Source: Vicinamibacterales bacterium
GTDB lineage: Bacteria; Acidobacteriota; Vicinamibacteria; Vicinamibacterales; JAMQPK01
Assembly (NCBI GenBank): GCA_035281225.1
Contig: DATEEI010000097.1
Span: 16,496-80,495 of the forward strand
Length of the DNA: 64,000 nucleotides
Direction: 5' to 3'
Part shown: positions 37,877 through 47,200 of the stretch, piece after piece
How the letters are laid out: each line of letters starts with the position of its first letter
Numbering within the stretch: position 1 is the stretch's first letter
Notes under the pieces: model-generated
The model's input: only the letters and a program-made list of their open reading frames with translations
Databases searched by the model: none
Told to the model about the DNA's origin: nothing
Translations under genes and position numbers: made by a program

Positions 37877-39211
37877 TTGTCGAGAACCAAGAAAATCATC
37901 ATCGCCGTCGTGGCCTTGCTTGTGATCGGATCGGCCGGAGGCTATGCGTGGTGGTCGAGACGCTCAACGGCGCCCGTGGTCACGGTCGAGACGATTCGAA
38001 CGCGCGATCTCGAGGCGCTGGTGTCCGCGTCTGGGAAAATCCAGCCGAAGCGCTTCGTCAACATCAGCGCGGACACCTCAGGCCGCGTCGTCGATCTGGC
38101 CGTCAACGAAGGCGACCGCGTGACGCTGGGCCAGTTCCTCATGCAGATTGACCCGCGCACGCTCCGCACGCGCGTCGAGAGCGGCCAGGCCGCGCTCAGC
38201 GGCGCCCAGGCGTCGCTCGAACAGGCACGTCAGGCCGTTGAGACCGCCCGCGTGCAGCTCAGCGTGGCGCAGCAGAACCTGCGCCGTCAGCAGGAGCTCT
38301 GGAAGCAGCAACTCACCCCGCGCGAAGTACTTGACCGCGCCGAGAACGACGTGAAAATTGCGCAATCCGCGCTGGCTGAGCGCGAGAAGCAGGTGCGCAC
38401 GCAGGAGCTCCGGATCGGACAGGACCGCGCGCAGCTGGCCAGCGCGCAATTCGATCTCAGCAAAGTGCGCATCGAATCGCCGATTGCCGGCATCGTGACA
38501 CGCCGAAACATTCAGGAGGGCGAAACAGCGGTTGTCGGAACGATGAACAACGCCGGTACGGTGCTGCTGACGGTGGCCGATATGTCGGTCATACAGGCGG
38601 AAGTAGAGGTTGACGAGACGAACATTCCGAACGTGTCGCTCGGACAGATCGCAAAAATCACGATCGATGCGATTCCAGATCGCACGTTCAAGGGACACGT
38701 CACCGAGATTGGCAACAGCCCGATCCAGGCGGCCGGTCAGGCCGCAACAACCCAGCAGGCGACGAACTTCAAGGTCGTCGTGGTGCTCGACGAGGACGTC
38801 CCCGACGTTCGCCCCGGATTCACGTGTACGGCCGAGATCACGACGGCGACGAGAAAGGCCGTCGTCAGCGTGCCGATTCCCGCGGTGGCCGTCCGCGAGC
38901 TGGTGTACGACGCGAAAGGGAAGGTCGTGAAGCCGGCGCGTACCGAGAACAAACGGCCGGCGCAGACGCCGGCGGCACCCGTCGAGCTCGCCGAGGGGCA
39001 AACGCGCAAAGAGACCGAGGGCGTATTCGTGATCCGCGACGGGCGGGCGGAATTTCTGCCGATCAAGATCGGTATCGCGGGCGATCGATTCTTCGAGGTT
39101 CTGTCTGGGCTCAAGGCCGGCGATCAAGTGATCACCGGGCCGTTCAACAATGTGCGCAATATGAATGACGGTGACCAAGTCAGGGTGCAGCCGCCGCCGA
39201 AGACGTCGTGA
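37877..39211 (+). CDS. efflux periplasmic adaptor (HlyD/MacA family)
   Basis: 444 aa. TTG start preceded by GAGGAGG. N-terminal anchor, a long coiled-coil hairpin (..QAALSGAQASLEQARQAVETARVQL..) and beta-barrel domains. Confidence 0.85.
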   Translation: MSRTKKIIIAVVALLVIGSAGGYAWWSRRSTAPVVTVETIRTRDLEALVSASGKIQPKRFVNISADTSGRVVDLAVNEGDRVTLGQFLMQIDPRTLRTRVESGQAALSGAQASLEQARQAVETARVQLSVAQQNLRRQQELWKQQLTPREVLDRAENDVKIAQSALAEREKQVRTQELRIGQDRAQLASAQFDLSKVRIESPIAGIVTRRNIQEGETAVVGTMNNAGTVLLTVADMSVIQAEVEVDETNIPNVSLGQIAKITIDAIPDRTFKGHVTEIGNSPIQAAGQAATTQQATNFKVVVVLDEDVPDVRPGFTCTAEITTATRKAVVSVPIPAVAVRELVYDAKGKVVKPARTENKRPAQTPAAPVELAEGQTRKETEGVFVIRDGRAEFLPIKIGIAGDRFFEVLSGLKAGDQVITGPFNNVRNMNDGDQVRVQPPPKTS

Positions 39212-40434
39212 ACAAGTACCTCGACGCGGCGGGCATCGCTCTCAGCGCGATCTGGTCGGCCAAGCTCCGGTCGCTGATGACCGTGCTCGGCAACATCGTC
39301 GCGGTCACGTCGATCATCGCGGTCGTGTCCCTGATCCAGGGGCTGAATGCCTCGGTCAAGCAGGCGATTCTGAACGAAGCGGGCGCCGATTCGTTTATCG
39401 TTCAGCAGTTTGGAATCGTCCGAAGCGATGACGAGTGGCTTCGTGTGCAGTCGAATCCGCGCATCACGCGGCAAGACGCGATCGCCGTGAAGCGGTTCAG
39501 CCCGCTCGTCTCGGCGGTGATGCTGAGCTCTCAAGGTCGCGCGCGTGTGACCTATCGCGACGCGTCGATCGACCGCGTCGAGATCACAGGCGTCACGCCG
39601 GAGTACGTGAATTTCTCCAGCTACGATGCCGAGCGCGGCCGGCTCATCAGCCCGACGGAGGTCGATGTCGCCCGTCCGGTCACGGTGATTGGTGCGCAGC
39701 TGGCGGAACGCCTGTTCGGCCTGGACATCGACCCTGTCGACAAGACGATCCAGATCCAAGGCATCCATTTCCGCGTCATCGGCGTCAGCGCGAAGCGCGG
39801 AACCGTGCTGGGCACGACGCAGGATGAGTTCGCGATTATTCCGCTCGCTCAGTTTCAGCAGATGTTCGGCGCGCGCAGGCAGTTGTCGATGTCGGTCAAA
39901 CCACGCGAGTTCGGCGAGATCAATGCCGCCATCGACGACACCACGCTCGCACTCAGAATCGCGCGCCGCCTGAAACCGAGCCAGCCGGACAACTTCGCGA
40001 TTTTCAGCTCGGACACGGTCCTCGGCCTCTATCAGACCGCCACAAGCGGGATTTTCGCAGTGCTGATCGGAGTTGTGGCGTTGTCGCTCGTGGTCGGCGG
40101 CATCGTCATCATGAATATCATGCTGATGGTCGTCACCGAGCGCACGCGCGAGATTGGCCTCCGCAAGGCCCTCGGCGCACGACGATCCGACATCACGACG
40201 CAGATTCTGACGGAGTCGGTCGTCCTGTCGGTATTTGGCGGCTTCGTCGGGACCGTTCTCGGAGCGATCATCGCGATCACGATCTCAAAGCTGACGCCGA
40301 TCCCGGCCTCGGTTCAGCTCTGGTCGGTCGGGCTCGGCATCGGCATCACCGCCTTCGTTGGTCTGTTTTTCGGACTGTATCCCGCGACGCGCGCCGCCCG
40401 GCTGGATCCGATTGAGGCCATGCGACGCGAATGA
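39208..40434 (+). CDS. MacB-type ABC transporter permease (FtsX domain)
   Basis: 408 aa. TM1, a large periplasmic domain, then the FtsX core with ERTREIGLRKALGA. Confidence 0.88.
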   Translation: MNKYLDAAGIALSAIWSAKLRSLMTVLGNIVAVTSIIAVVSLIQGLNASVKQAILNEAGADSFIVQQFGIVRSDDEWLRVQSNPRITRQDAIAVKRFSPLVSAVMLSSQGRARVTYRDASIDRVEITGVTPEYVNFSSYDAERGRLISPTEVDVARPVTVIGAQLAERLFGLDIDPVDKTIQIQGIHFRVIGVSAKRGTVLGTTQDEFAIIPLAQFQQMFGARRQLSMSVKPREFGEINAAIDDTTLALRIARRLKPSQPDNFAIFSSDTVLGLYQTATSGIFAVLIGVVALSLVVGGIVIMNIMLMVVTERTREIGLRKALGARRSDITTQILTESVVLSVFGGFVGTVLGAIIAITISKLTPIPASVQLWSVGLGIGITAFVGLFFGLYPATRAARLDPIEAMRRE

Positions 40435-41741
40435 AAACCCCGAGAATCCGCTACGGCCTTCTCCGCGAAGTCATCGTCATGGCCTTCGATACCGTCCGCA
40501 CGAACAAGCTGCGATCGGGGCTGACGGTGCTTGGCGTCGTGATCGGGATTACGTCGATCGTCGCCATGACGGCTCTTATCCGCGGCTTCGATACGTCGCT
40601 CCAGGAGAGCCTCAGCACGGCGATGGGTCCTCGCGCGATATTCGTCCAACGATTCGGCATCCTCAGCTTCGCCAGTGGCCGGGAGTTCTCCGAAGTCATC
40701 AAGCGGCCGACGCTGACGATGGGCGATGCGCGTGCATTGGAAGAGCAGGCGACCACGCTGGAGATCGTGGACATCCAGATCGGCCGCGGACCTGGCCAAA
40801 CCATCAGTCGGCGCGTCTCGTACAGGGATCAGAAAACCCGGCCCATGTTTGTCTTCGGCTCTGGCGAGCGGTATGCCGAAGGCACCCGCATTCCGATGAC
40901 GGCCGGCCGATTCTTCAGTGGAATCGAGGTCCAGCATCGCAGCAATGTCGCCGTCATCGGACACGGCGTCTACCAGCTGCTATTCCAGGAGAGAGGTATC
41001 GATCCTGTTGGGAAGACCGTGCGTATCGGCAGCGATCAGTTCACCGTCGTTGGCGTCTTCGGCTCGGTCCCGTCGCCGGGCAATTTCACCGTCAACCAGG
41101 ACGACTTCGTCGTCATGCCGCACACGACATTTCAGCGTGTGTACGGAGTGAGCATCGTTCAATCGTTCCGCGGACGACTGGGAATGCCCGTGATGATTTC
41201 GGTAGCGCCACGAGAGGGAGTCAGCCAGGCCGCCGCGGTCGACGAGATCGAGCGCATCATGCGCACGCGCCACGGCCTCCGACTGGACGAGCCCAACGAC
41301 TTCGATATCGTCACGCACGATGCCCTCATGCGCGTGTGGGATCAGATCAGCCGTGCGACGTTCTTTGCACTCGTCGTCATCTCGTCTATTGCCTTGATGG
41401 TTGGCGGCATCGGCGTGATGGCGATCATGTCCATCTCGGTGACCGAGCGAACGCGCGAGATCGGCGTTCGTCGGGCGCTCGGCGCGCGCAAGCGTGAAGT
41501 GCTGTTTCAGTTTCTCACCGAAGCCGTCTTCCTGACATCCGTAGGCGGGCTGCTCGGTATCGTCCTGGGCAGCGCCATCGGACTCGCAGTGCATTTCTTC
41601 ACGGGCTTCCCTGTCTCTCTTCCCATGTGGTCGTTCGCGCTCGGCCTCGGCTTTTCTGCGACCGTCGGGATCGCGTTCGGCATGTATCCCGCAATCCGCG
41701 CCGCCCGGCTGGATCCCATTGAAGCGTTGAGGTACGAATAG
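40431..41741 (+). CDS. MacB-type ABC transporter permease (FtsX domain), second copy
   Basis: 436 aa with the same architecture and ERTREIGVRRALGA. 4-bp overlap with the upstream permease. Confidence 0.88.
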   Translation: MKTPRIRYGLLREVIVMAFDTVRTNKLRSGLTVLGVVIGITSIVAMTALIRGFDTSLQESLSTAMGPRAIFVQRFGILSFASGREFSEVIKRPTLTMGDARALEEQATTLEIVDIQIGRGPGQTISRRVSYRDQKTRPMFVFGSGERYAEGTRIPMTAGRFFSGIEVQHRSNVAVIGHGVYQLLFQERGIDPVGKTVRIGSDQFTVVGVFGSVPSPGNFTVNQDDFVVMPHTTFQRVYGVSIVQSFRGRLGMPVMISVAPREGVSQAAAVDEIERIMRTRHGLRLDEPNDFDIVTHDALMRVWDQISRATFFALVVISSIALMVGGIGVMAIMSISVTERTREIGVRRALGARKREVLFQFLTEAVFLTSVGGLLGIVLGSAIGLAVHFFTGFPVSLPMWSFALGLGFSATVGIAFGMYPAIRAARLDPIEALRYE

Positions 41742-41744
41742 ACT

Positions 41745-41772
41745 CAGCTGCCAGCTACCAGCTGCGAGCTTG
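41745..41772. repeat. heptad array cagctgc cagctac cagctgc gagcttg (left flank of the four-helix-bundle gene)
   Basis: Read directly. Begins 4 nt after the permease stop. Reverse complement of the array at 42224-42251. Confidence 0.8.
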
Positions 41773-41841
41773 CAGAGCGTCACGGCCCGAAAACTGCACC
41801 TCAGACTAGCCAGAATCGCTAGATATTCAGGAGGCTCTGCG

Positions 41842-42213
41842 ATGCAGGACTTCAAGAAGCTTGTGGTGTGGCACAAATCTCACAACCTGGTCTTGGACGT
41901 GTACGCAAAAACCGCAAGCTTTCCGAAGGCGGAGATGTTCGGCATCACCGCTCAGGTGCGACGCGCTTCGGTGTCGATCGCGGCGAACATCGCCGAGGGC
42001 AGCTCAACTGGGAGCGACAAGGAGTTTGCGCGCTTTCTGCGAGTCTCAGCCGCGTCTGCCAGCGAGGTCGAATATTTTTCGATCCTCGTCGTGGACCTCG
42101 GACTATTGGATGTGCGAGCGGCCGACCGATGGGGACGAGATGTATCTGAAATCAGACGAATGATCTTCGGACTATTAGGCACCTTCTCAAAGCCAAAGTC
42201 GCATCCGCCCTGA
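41842..42213 (+). CDS. four-helix-bundle protein (23S rRNA intervening-sequence / S23-like family)
   Basis: ATG 41842 is preceded by AGGAGG. 123 aa, MQDFKKLVVWHKSHNLVLDVYAKTASFPKAEMFGITAQVRRASVSIAANIAEGS..EVEY, which is typical of this family. Confidence 0.85.
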   Translation: MQDFKKLVVWHKSHNLVLDVYAKTASFPKAEMFGITAQVRRASVSIAANIAEGSSTGSDKEFARFLRVSAASASEVEYFSILVVDLGLLDVRAADRWGRDVSEIRRMIFGLLGTFSKPKSHPP

Positions 42214-42223
42214 ACCAAACCGG

Positions 42224-42251
42224 CAGCTGGCCACTGGTAGCTGGTAGCTGT
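42224..42251. repeat. heptad array cagctgg ccactgg tagctgg tagctgt (right flank, inverted relative to 41745-41772)
   Basis: Read directly. Ends at the sigma-factor stop codon (42252). Confidence 0.8.
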
Positions 42252-42890
42252 CTAGTTCCTCTTCGCCGCCAGGTCCGTGGTCAGCCGCTTGACCGCGCGG
42301 TTCACGGCCATTCTGGCGGCGTCGACGGTGCGCAGTCCAAACCGGTGGGCGATCTCTGCAAGGCTCCACTGCACTTCGATGCGGCCGACGACCAGCTCGC
42401 GGTCTTTCGGCGAGAGGCGAGACAGCCCGTCACGATAGTGCTCGTAGGCCTCTTCCTGAATGGCAAACTCGAGCGGAGATGTCCGGTCTGACGGATGATC
42501 GTCAGGCAGCTCGAGCGGCGGTGGCTGGCGGACGATGCGCCGCACTTCGTCACGGATCCGGTTGATCACCGATTGGCGCAGATAGGCCTGCATGGCCCCG
42601 ACGTGCCGCGGCTCGAACGTGTCGAGGTTGTTGATGGCGTGCATTGCCGCCTCCTGAACCAGATCGCCCGTGTCCATACGGCCGCGCGCCGCTGCGGGGA
42701 GGCGGCCATGAGCCCATCGCTTGAGCGGTGGCAGGCAGCGCTCGAGCAGGGCTTCCATCGCCGGCCGGTCTCCACCGCGTGCACGCACGATCAGCTCCAT
42801 GGTCGGCTCATCGCTCAGCAGGAGCTGGGGCGCAGGCTCATTCTCCGCAGGATACTCAGGCTTCGTCATCGCGTGTTCGAGCAGGATCAT
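42252..42890 (-). CDS. ECF-type RNA polymerase sigma factor (ECF43-like, kinase-associated)
   Basis: Sigma2 region ..LKRWAHGRLPAAARGRMDTGDLVQEAAMHA.. and sigma4 ..WSLAEIAHRFGLRTVDAARMAVNRAVKRL. Start placed at the MILLEH.. ATG (42890). The longer track ORF (to 42962) would overlap the divergent kinase gene. Confidence 0.82.
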   Translation of the reverse strand: MILLEHAMTKPEYPAENEPAPQLLLSDEPTMELIVRARGGDRPAMEALLERCLPPLKRWAHGRLPAAARGRMDTGDLVQEAAMHAINNLDTFEPRHVGAMQAYLRQSVINRIRDEVRRIVRQPPPLELPDDHPSDRTSPLEFAIQEEAYEHYRDGLSRLSPKDRELVVGRIEVQWSLAEIAHRFGLRTVDAARMAVNRAVKRLTTDLAAKRN

Positions 42891-42949
42891 AGCTTCTCCG
42901 GTCAGAAACTCGGTATCGAGTATTCTTCCGAGCTGGTGGCCGGTAGCTG

Positions 42950-43861
42950 GTGGCTGAATCAATGATTGGGCAAACCGTTTCGCATTACATAATCGTAGGT
43001 AAGCTTGGGGTCGGCGGCATGGGGGTCGTTTACGATGCCGAGGATCAGCACCTCCCCCGCAGGGTTGCCCTGAAATTCCTGTCCGAGGAGCTCGCCGGGG
43101 ACGCCGACGCGACGCGACGCCTGAAGCGAGAGGCGCAGATCATCGCGCTCCTGAACCATCCGCACATCTGCACGGTGTACGAAATCGCGGAGCACGAAGG
43201 CCGTGCCTTCATCGCGATGGAGCGTCTTGACGGCAGGACCCTCAAGGCGCACATGGCGCGCAAGGAGCTCGAAACGGCGGAGATTCTCGGGATCGCGCTT
43301 CAGATTGCCCAGGCGCTCGAAGCGGCGCACGCCAAGGGCATCGTCCATCGCGATATCAAGCCTGGAAACATTTTTGTCGATGAAGGCGGGCGCGTGAAGG
43401 TGCTGGACTTCGGCTTGGCCCGGCGTCTTCCAAACCCTGCAGAACACAGCGTCGCGACACCGACCGACGGATCGACGATACCGGGCCGGCCGGTTGGAAC
43501 CGCGAGCTACATGGCGCCCGAGCGGATTCTGCAGTTGCCGCTCGACCCGCGCTGCGATCTCTTTTCGCTCGGCGTTGTGATCTACGAGATGGCCACGGGG
43601 AGGCTCCCGTTCGCGGGCGCCTCCCCTGCCGAAACCGTGACCAACATCCTCGAACGGGAACCGATCCCTGCGACGCAGCTTTCACCGGACCGGCCGGGAC
43701 AGCTTGACCGTATCGTGACCAAGCTCGTCGCCAAGCGCGCGGAGGACCGGTACGAGTCGGCCGGTGCCCTGCGCACCGATTTAGAGGCGCTTCGGAATCG
43801 GTCGAGCCTTCCGCTGATTAAACGTGTGCTTGGCAGGTGGTTCGCTACCAGTCGACCCTGA
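42950..43861 (+). CDS. Ser/Thr protein kinase, soluble kinase-domain-only
   Basis: 303 aa. [43 protein letters not shown]. Start is GTG 42950 or ATG 42962. Confidence 0.9.
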   Translation: MAESMIGQTVSHYIIVGKLGVGGMGVVYDAEDQHLPRRVALKFLSEELAGDADATRRLKREAQIIALLNHPHICTVYEIAEHEGRAFIAMERLDGRTLKAHMARKELETAEILGIALQIAQALEAAHAKGIVHRDIKPGNIFVDEGGRVKVLDFGLARRLPNPAEHSVATPTDGSTIPGRPVGTASYMAPERILQLPLDPRCDLFSLGVVIYEMATGRLPFAGASPAETVTNILEREPIPATQLSPDRPGQLDRIVTKLVAKRAEDRYESAGALRTDLEALRNRSSLPLIKRVLGRWFATSRP

Positions 43862-44201
43862 CTTCCCAAGGTCCTTTTGTTCCCTTGGTGATCTCCTCCT
43901 GCGTCCGTGGAATGGCGGGTACGCGAATGTCGAGCTCGTAGTCATCGGTCGGCGCATTCTTGCTCAGGTACGCAAGCAGGTCGGCCAATGACTTTCGTCC
44001 TCCCTGTCCGGTGAATCTCAACCGCACTCGCAAATAACCCCGATGGCCTTTGCCGGCAGAATTGCCTTTTCCGTCCGTTCCTTCGCCAATCAGTTCCACC
44101 GGTATCGGATCGCGCCCGGTAATCGTTGTGTCCCCAGCGCGATCGGAGTGCGAGACCGCCCAGTGCATGCTCTCGTTGGTGCCAAAGTTTCCAGATCCCA
44201 T
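43845..44201 (-). CDS. hypothetical small protein downstream of the large kinase
   Basis: 118 aa with a strong SD (GAGGAGGG, 4 nt before the ATG). No family recognised. The 3' end overlaps the convergent kinase gene by 17 bp. Confidence 0.55.
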   Translation of the reverse strand: MGSGNFGTNESMHWAVSHSDRAGDTTITGRDPIPVELIGEGTDGKGNSAGKGHRGYLRVRLRFTGQGGRKSLADLLAYLSKNAPTDDYELDIRVPAIPRTQEEITKGTKGPWEVRVDW

Positions 44202-44273
44202 TTAACCCTCCTCTAATGAGCCATAAACCCAGGGTGACGAACCGTACAACGAACGAAGTGGAGATCTTGAACA

Positions 44274-47200
44274 TCATTCGACCAACGGCCGAATTGTCGC
44301 TCTCGAAACGAAGCGGCTTCGGTACTGCTCGGAAAGCGAACTTCGAATCTGCGCAATGAGCTTCGTGGCAGAGGAACGTTCGGTGGCAGCCGCGATCGTT
44401 TCTCCTCGCCGCGCGAGCGCCAATCCGCGCCAATAGTGCGCTTGCGCGTTCAACTCAGGCCCGACCGTCACGCTCCCGAGCTCTAACGTGCGGAGGACTT
44501 TGGCATATTGCCGCTCCTGAAACTCCTTCCGCGCCCGTTGGAGCGCGCACTCGGCCCGCACGTGAGCCTTATGGAAGGATCTCAACGCTGCTGACTCCAC
44601 ACCAAGATAACATTGAGCTACCAACGTGGCGGCGCCAGGTACATCTCTCACGGCTGACGCGACCGCGTGCTGAAAATGCGTTCGTGCGGCGTCGGGTGAT
44701 CCGGACTCCAAAGAGAGCTCACCGAATGATTCGTACAGCTGCGGCGCAAGCCTCATTGCTCCGGTCGACTCGACCTGCGCCAGCGCCTGTTCGAGATGCT
44801 GCTTCGCACCGTCAAAGTCTCCCAGACGAACGAGCACACGGCCCAACGTGATGTGCACCTCAGGGACGCTGCTGTCAGAGGCCAGTGCGTCCACGAGAAT
44901 CGTGCGAGCGCCCTCGTAGTCGCTCTGCAGAACCGCGACGTCCGCCGTAGTAACTCTGAGCAACGTCAGCCGGTTCTTCAGGTCACGTTCCGTCGCTATG
45001 CTCGTCGCCTTCTGCAGAATTCGCCGCGCCTCAGCTAGACGGCCTGAAGCCGCTTCGCTCTCACCCTGAACCTGCATCGCAAAGACCTCAAAATCCGCGT
45101 AGCCCAGCTTGCGGAACGTGGCGAGCGCATTCGTGAGACGATGTGTGACCTCGGCGGGATCGAGCCCGAGCACAATCTGCAAATTCACCGCAGTCACTTC
45201 AAGCTCCGCAGCGCGGCGCTCGTTGCCTATCTGTCGGTAGACATCCCGGCTGCGCTCGTAATACGCGACCGCCTCGGAAGTGCGACCCATCGCTTCCTGA
45301 GCAACGCCGAGATTCATCAAGGCGACTCCCTCCAGACGTCGGTTTCCCACCTGCACGCCGCGGGAGAGAGCCTCCTGAAATGACTGCGCTGCCGCCGGGT
45401 AATTGGGTTCCCGAGCGGCTGCCAATCCAAGGTACTGATGGATCCGGGCAAGCCCATACGGGTAACCGAGCGATCTAAAGATCTCGTGCGCTGTCTCTAT
45501 TTCCGCTCTTCCTGCCTTCAAATTGCGCTGTTGGAGAAGTGCGTCAGCGTGACACAGTAGCGCTTGCGCTTCGCCCCCCCGATTGCCGGAAGTACGAAAA
45601 GCCCTCAGCGCGATTTGTGCGTGTCGCTCCGAGAGCGGATAGTCATCGAGAAAGGCGTATAGCTGACAAAGATCGACGTGCACACGTCGGTATTCAGGAT
45701 CGACCGCAAGCACGCGATGGTACGCTTCGACGGCAGGCTCGTTCCGGTTTTGTCTCTTAAGAAAATCAGCAAGTTCAATTTGCAGAGAGGGATCGTCGGT
45801 ATGGAGGCCACTCAACTCGCGGTAGAAGTGCTCCGCGCTTGTGAGATTGTTCTGGCTCTCCGCAAGAACGGCAGCGGCAAGGACAGCGCTGGATCTCGGC
45901 GTGTGGGCGCCAACGAGCTGGGATCCCGCTCTCGCCGCAGCCTCCGCGCCTTTCAGATCGCCCAATAGAAGTGACGTCTTGCTCAGCCATATGTAACTGA
46001 GAACGCGTTGCCCATCCAGCTCAACCGCGCGCATGAACGCGGCACGCGCGGTGCCATACTCCAGCTGTTCGTAGGCGTTCGAGCCCTCCTCGAACGCTCG
46101 AGCGGCCTCAAGCGTCGGGAAGCGCGCGGCTTCCGCGTTGGTCGTCGGTGGCCGATGCGGCCAATTGAGCTTGAACTGCGCCTGAATCCGCGAGGCCAGC
46201 GCCACCATCAATCGCTGAGCCGTCTCTTGGGGCAACGCCGAGGTGATGGAGTCGGTTCGGACGGTGGCGATATTTGTTCCGGTCTCCACATTCCGTACCT
46301 CCGCTTCCGCAACCCACGCTCCGTCGCGGTACTCGAGCGCTGGAACGATCAGAAATCTCACCCTGGCATCGCGGGCGATGGCTTGAATCGCATCCCGGCC
46401 TGATATGTCGCCGGCGCCGAGCAGATATCCGCGAAGAGCCTCAAGCAGACGCGAGTAAGTGGTAACACGCAGATTTGGCGAGTCCCGGAGTTCCCCGATC
46501 AACGATTGAGTCAGGGTCAACCGATACGCATCCAGAGCGCGCTCACCCGTATGATTCGCCACCGGCACGATAGCGATCGGCGTGCGGGGCAATGGCCTGG
46601 CGAGCCAGAGATAACCAGCGGCTGCACCGATGGCGAGCACGGTCGCTGCCACCACCACCGCCATCGTTCGCGAGCCACGCCGTATTCTTCCCTCTGCCCT
46701 CTCCCCTCTCCCCTCTCCCCTCTTCCCTCTTCCCTCTTCCCTCTGCCCTCTTCCCTCTTCCCTCTGCCCTCCCCCCTCCACCAGCACCGCTTCCGTCCGC
46801 ATGTCGAGCGGCATGCTGCGCCCTTGCAGGTGCCGCAACGCGCGGCAGAGGTCTCTGGCGTTCTGATACCGCTCGGCCGGATCCTTGGCGAGCGCGCGCC
46901 GGACGATCGGCACGATACCTTCAGGGAGGTCCGGCACCGTATCATCGAGCGGCGCAGGCTCCTCATTCTTGATAGCGTAGAACACCGCTTCCGGATAGGA
47001 CCCCTTGAACGGGCCGCCGCCCGTCAGCATTTCGTAGAGCACGACGCCGAGCGCCCAGATATCGCTGCGCTCGTCGGCTTCCTCGCCCCGCGCCTGCTCC
47101 GGCGACATGTACGCGACCGTACCGATCGTCGATCCTTCGAGCGTCAGCTTGAGCGCCGCGTCTGCAAGCTTCGCGAGCCCGAAGTCCAGAATCTTCACGC

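Noticed and set aside
41842-42213. Four-helix-bundle gene as the Avd component of a diversity-generating retroelement
   Set aside because: The family is related to DGR Avd proteins. However, no reverse transcriptase, template/variable repeat pair or target gene is present within the window around it.
46592-46972. Plus-strand ORFs encoding P/S/L-rich repeats (PLPSSLFPLPS...)
   Set aside because: They are just the antisense reading of the heptad array inside the kinase gene. The minus-strand frame is continuous with a well-supported kinase, TM and TPR protein.
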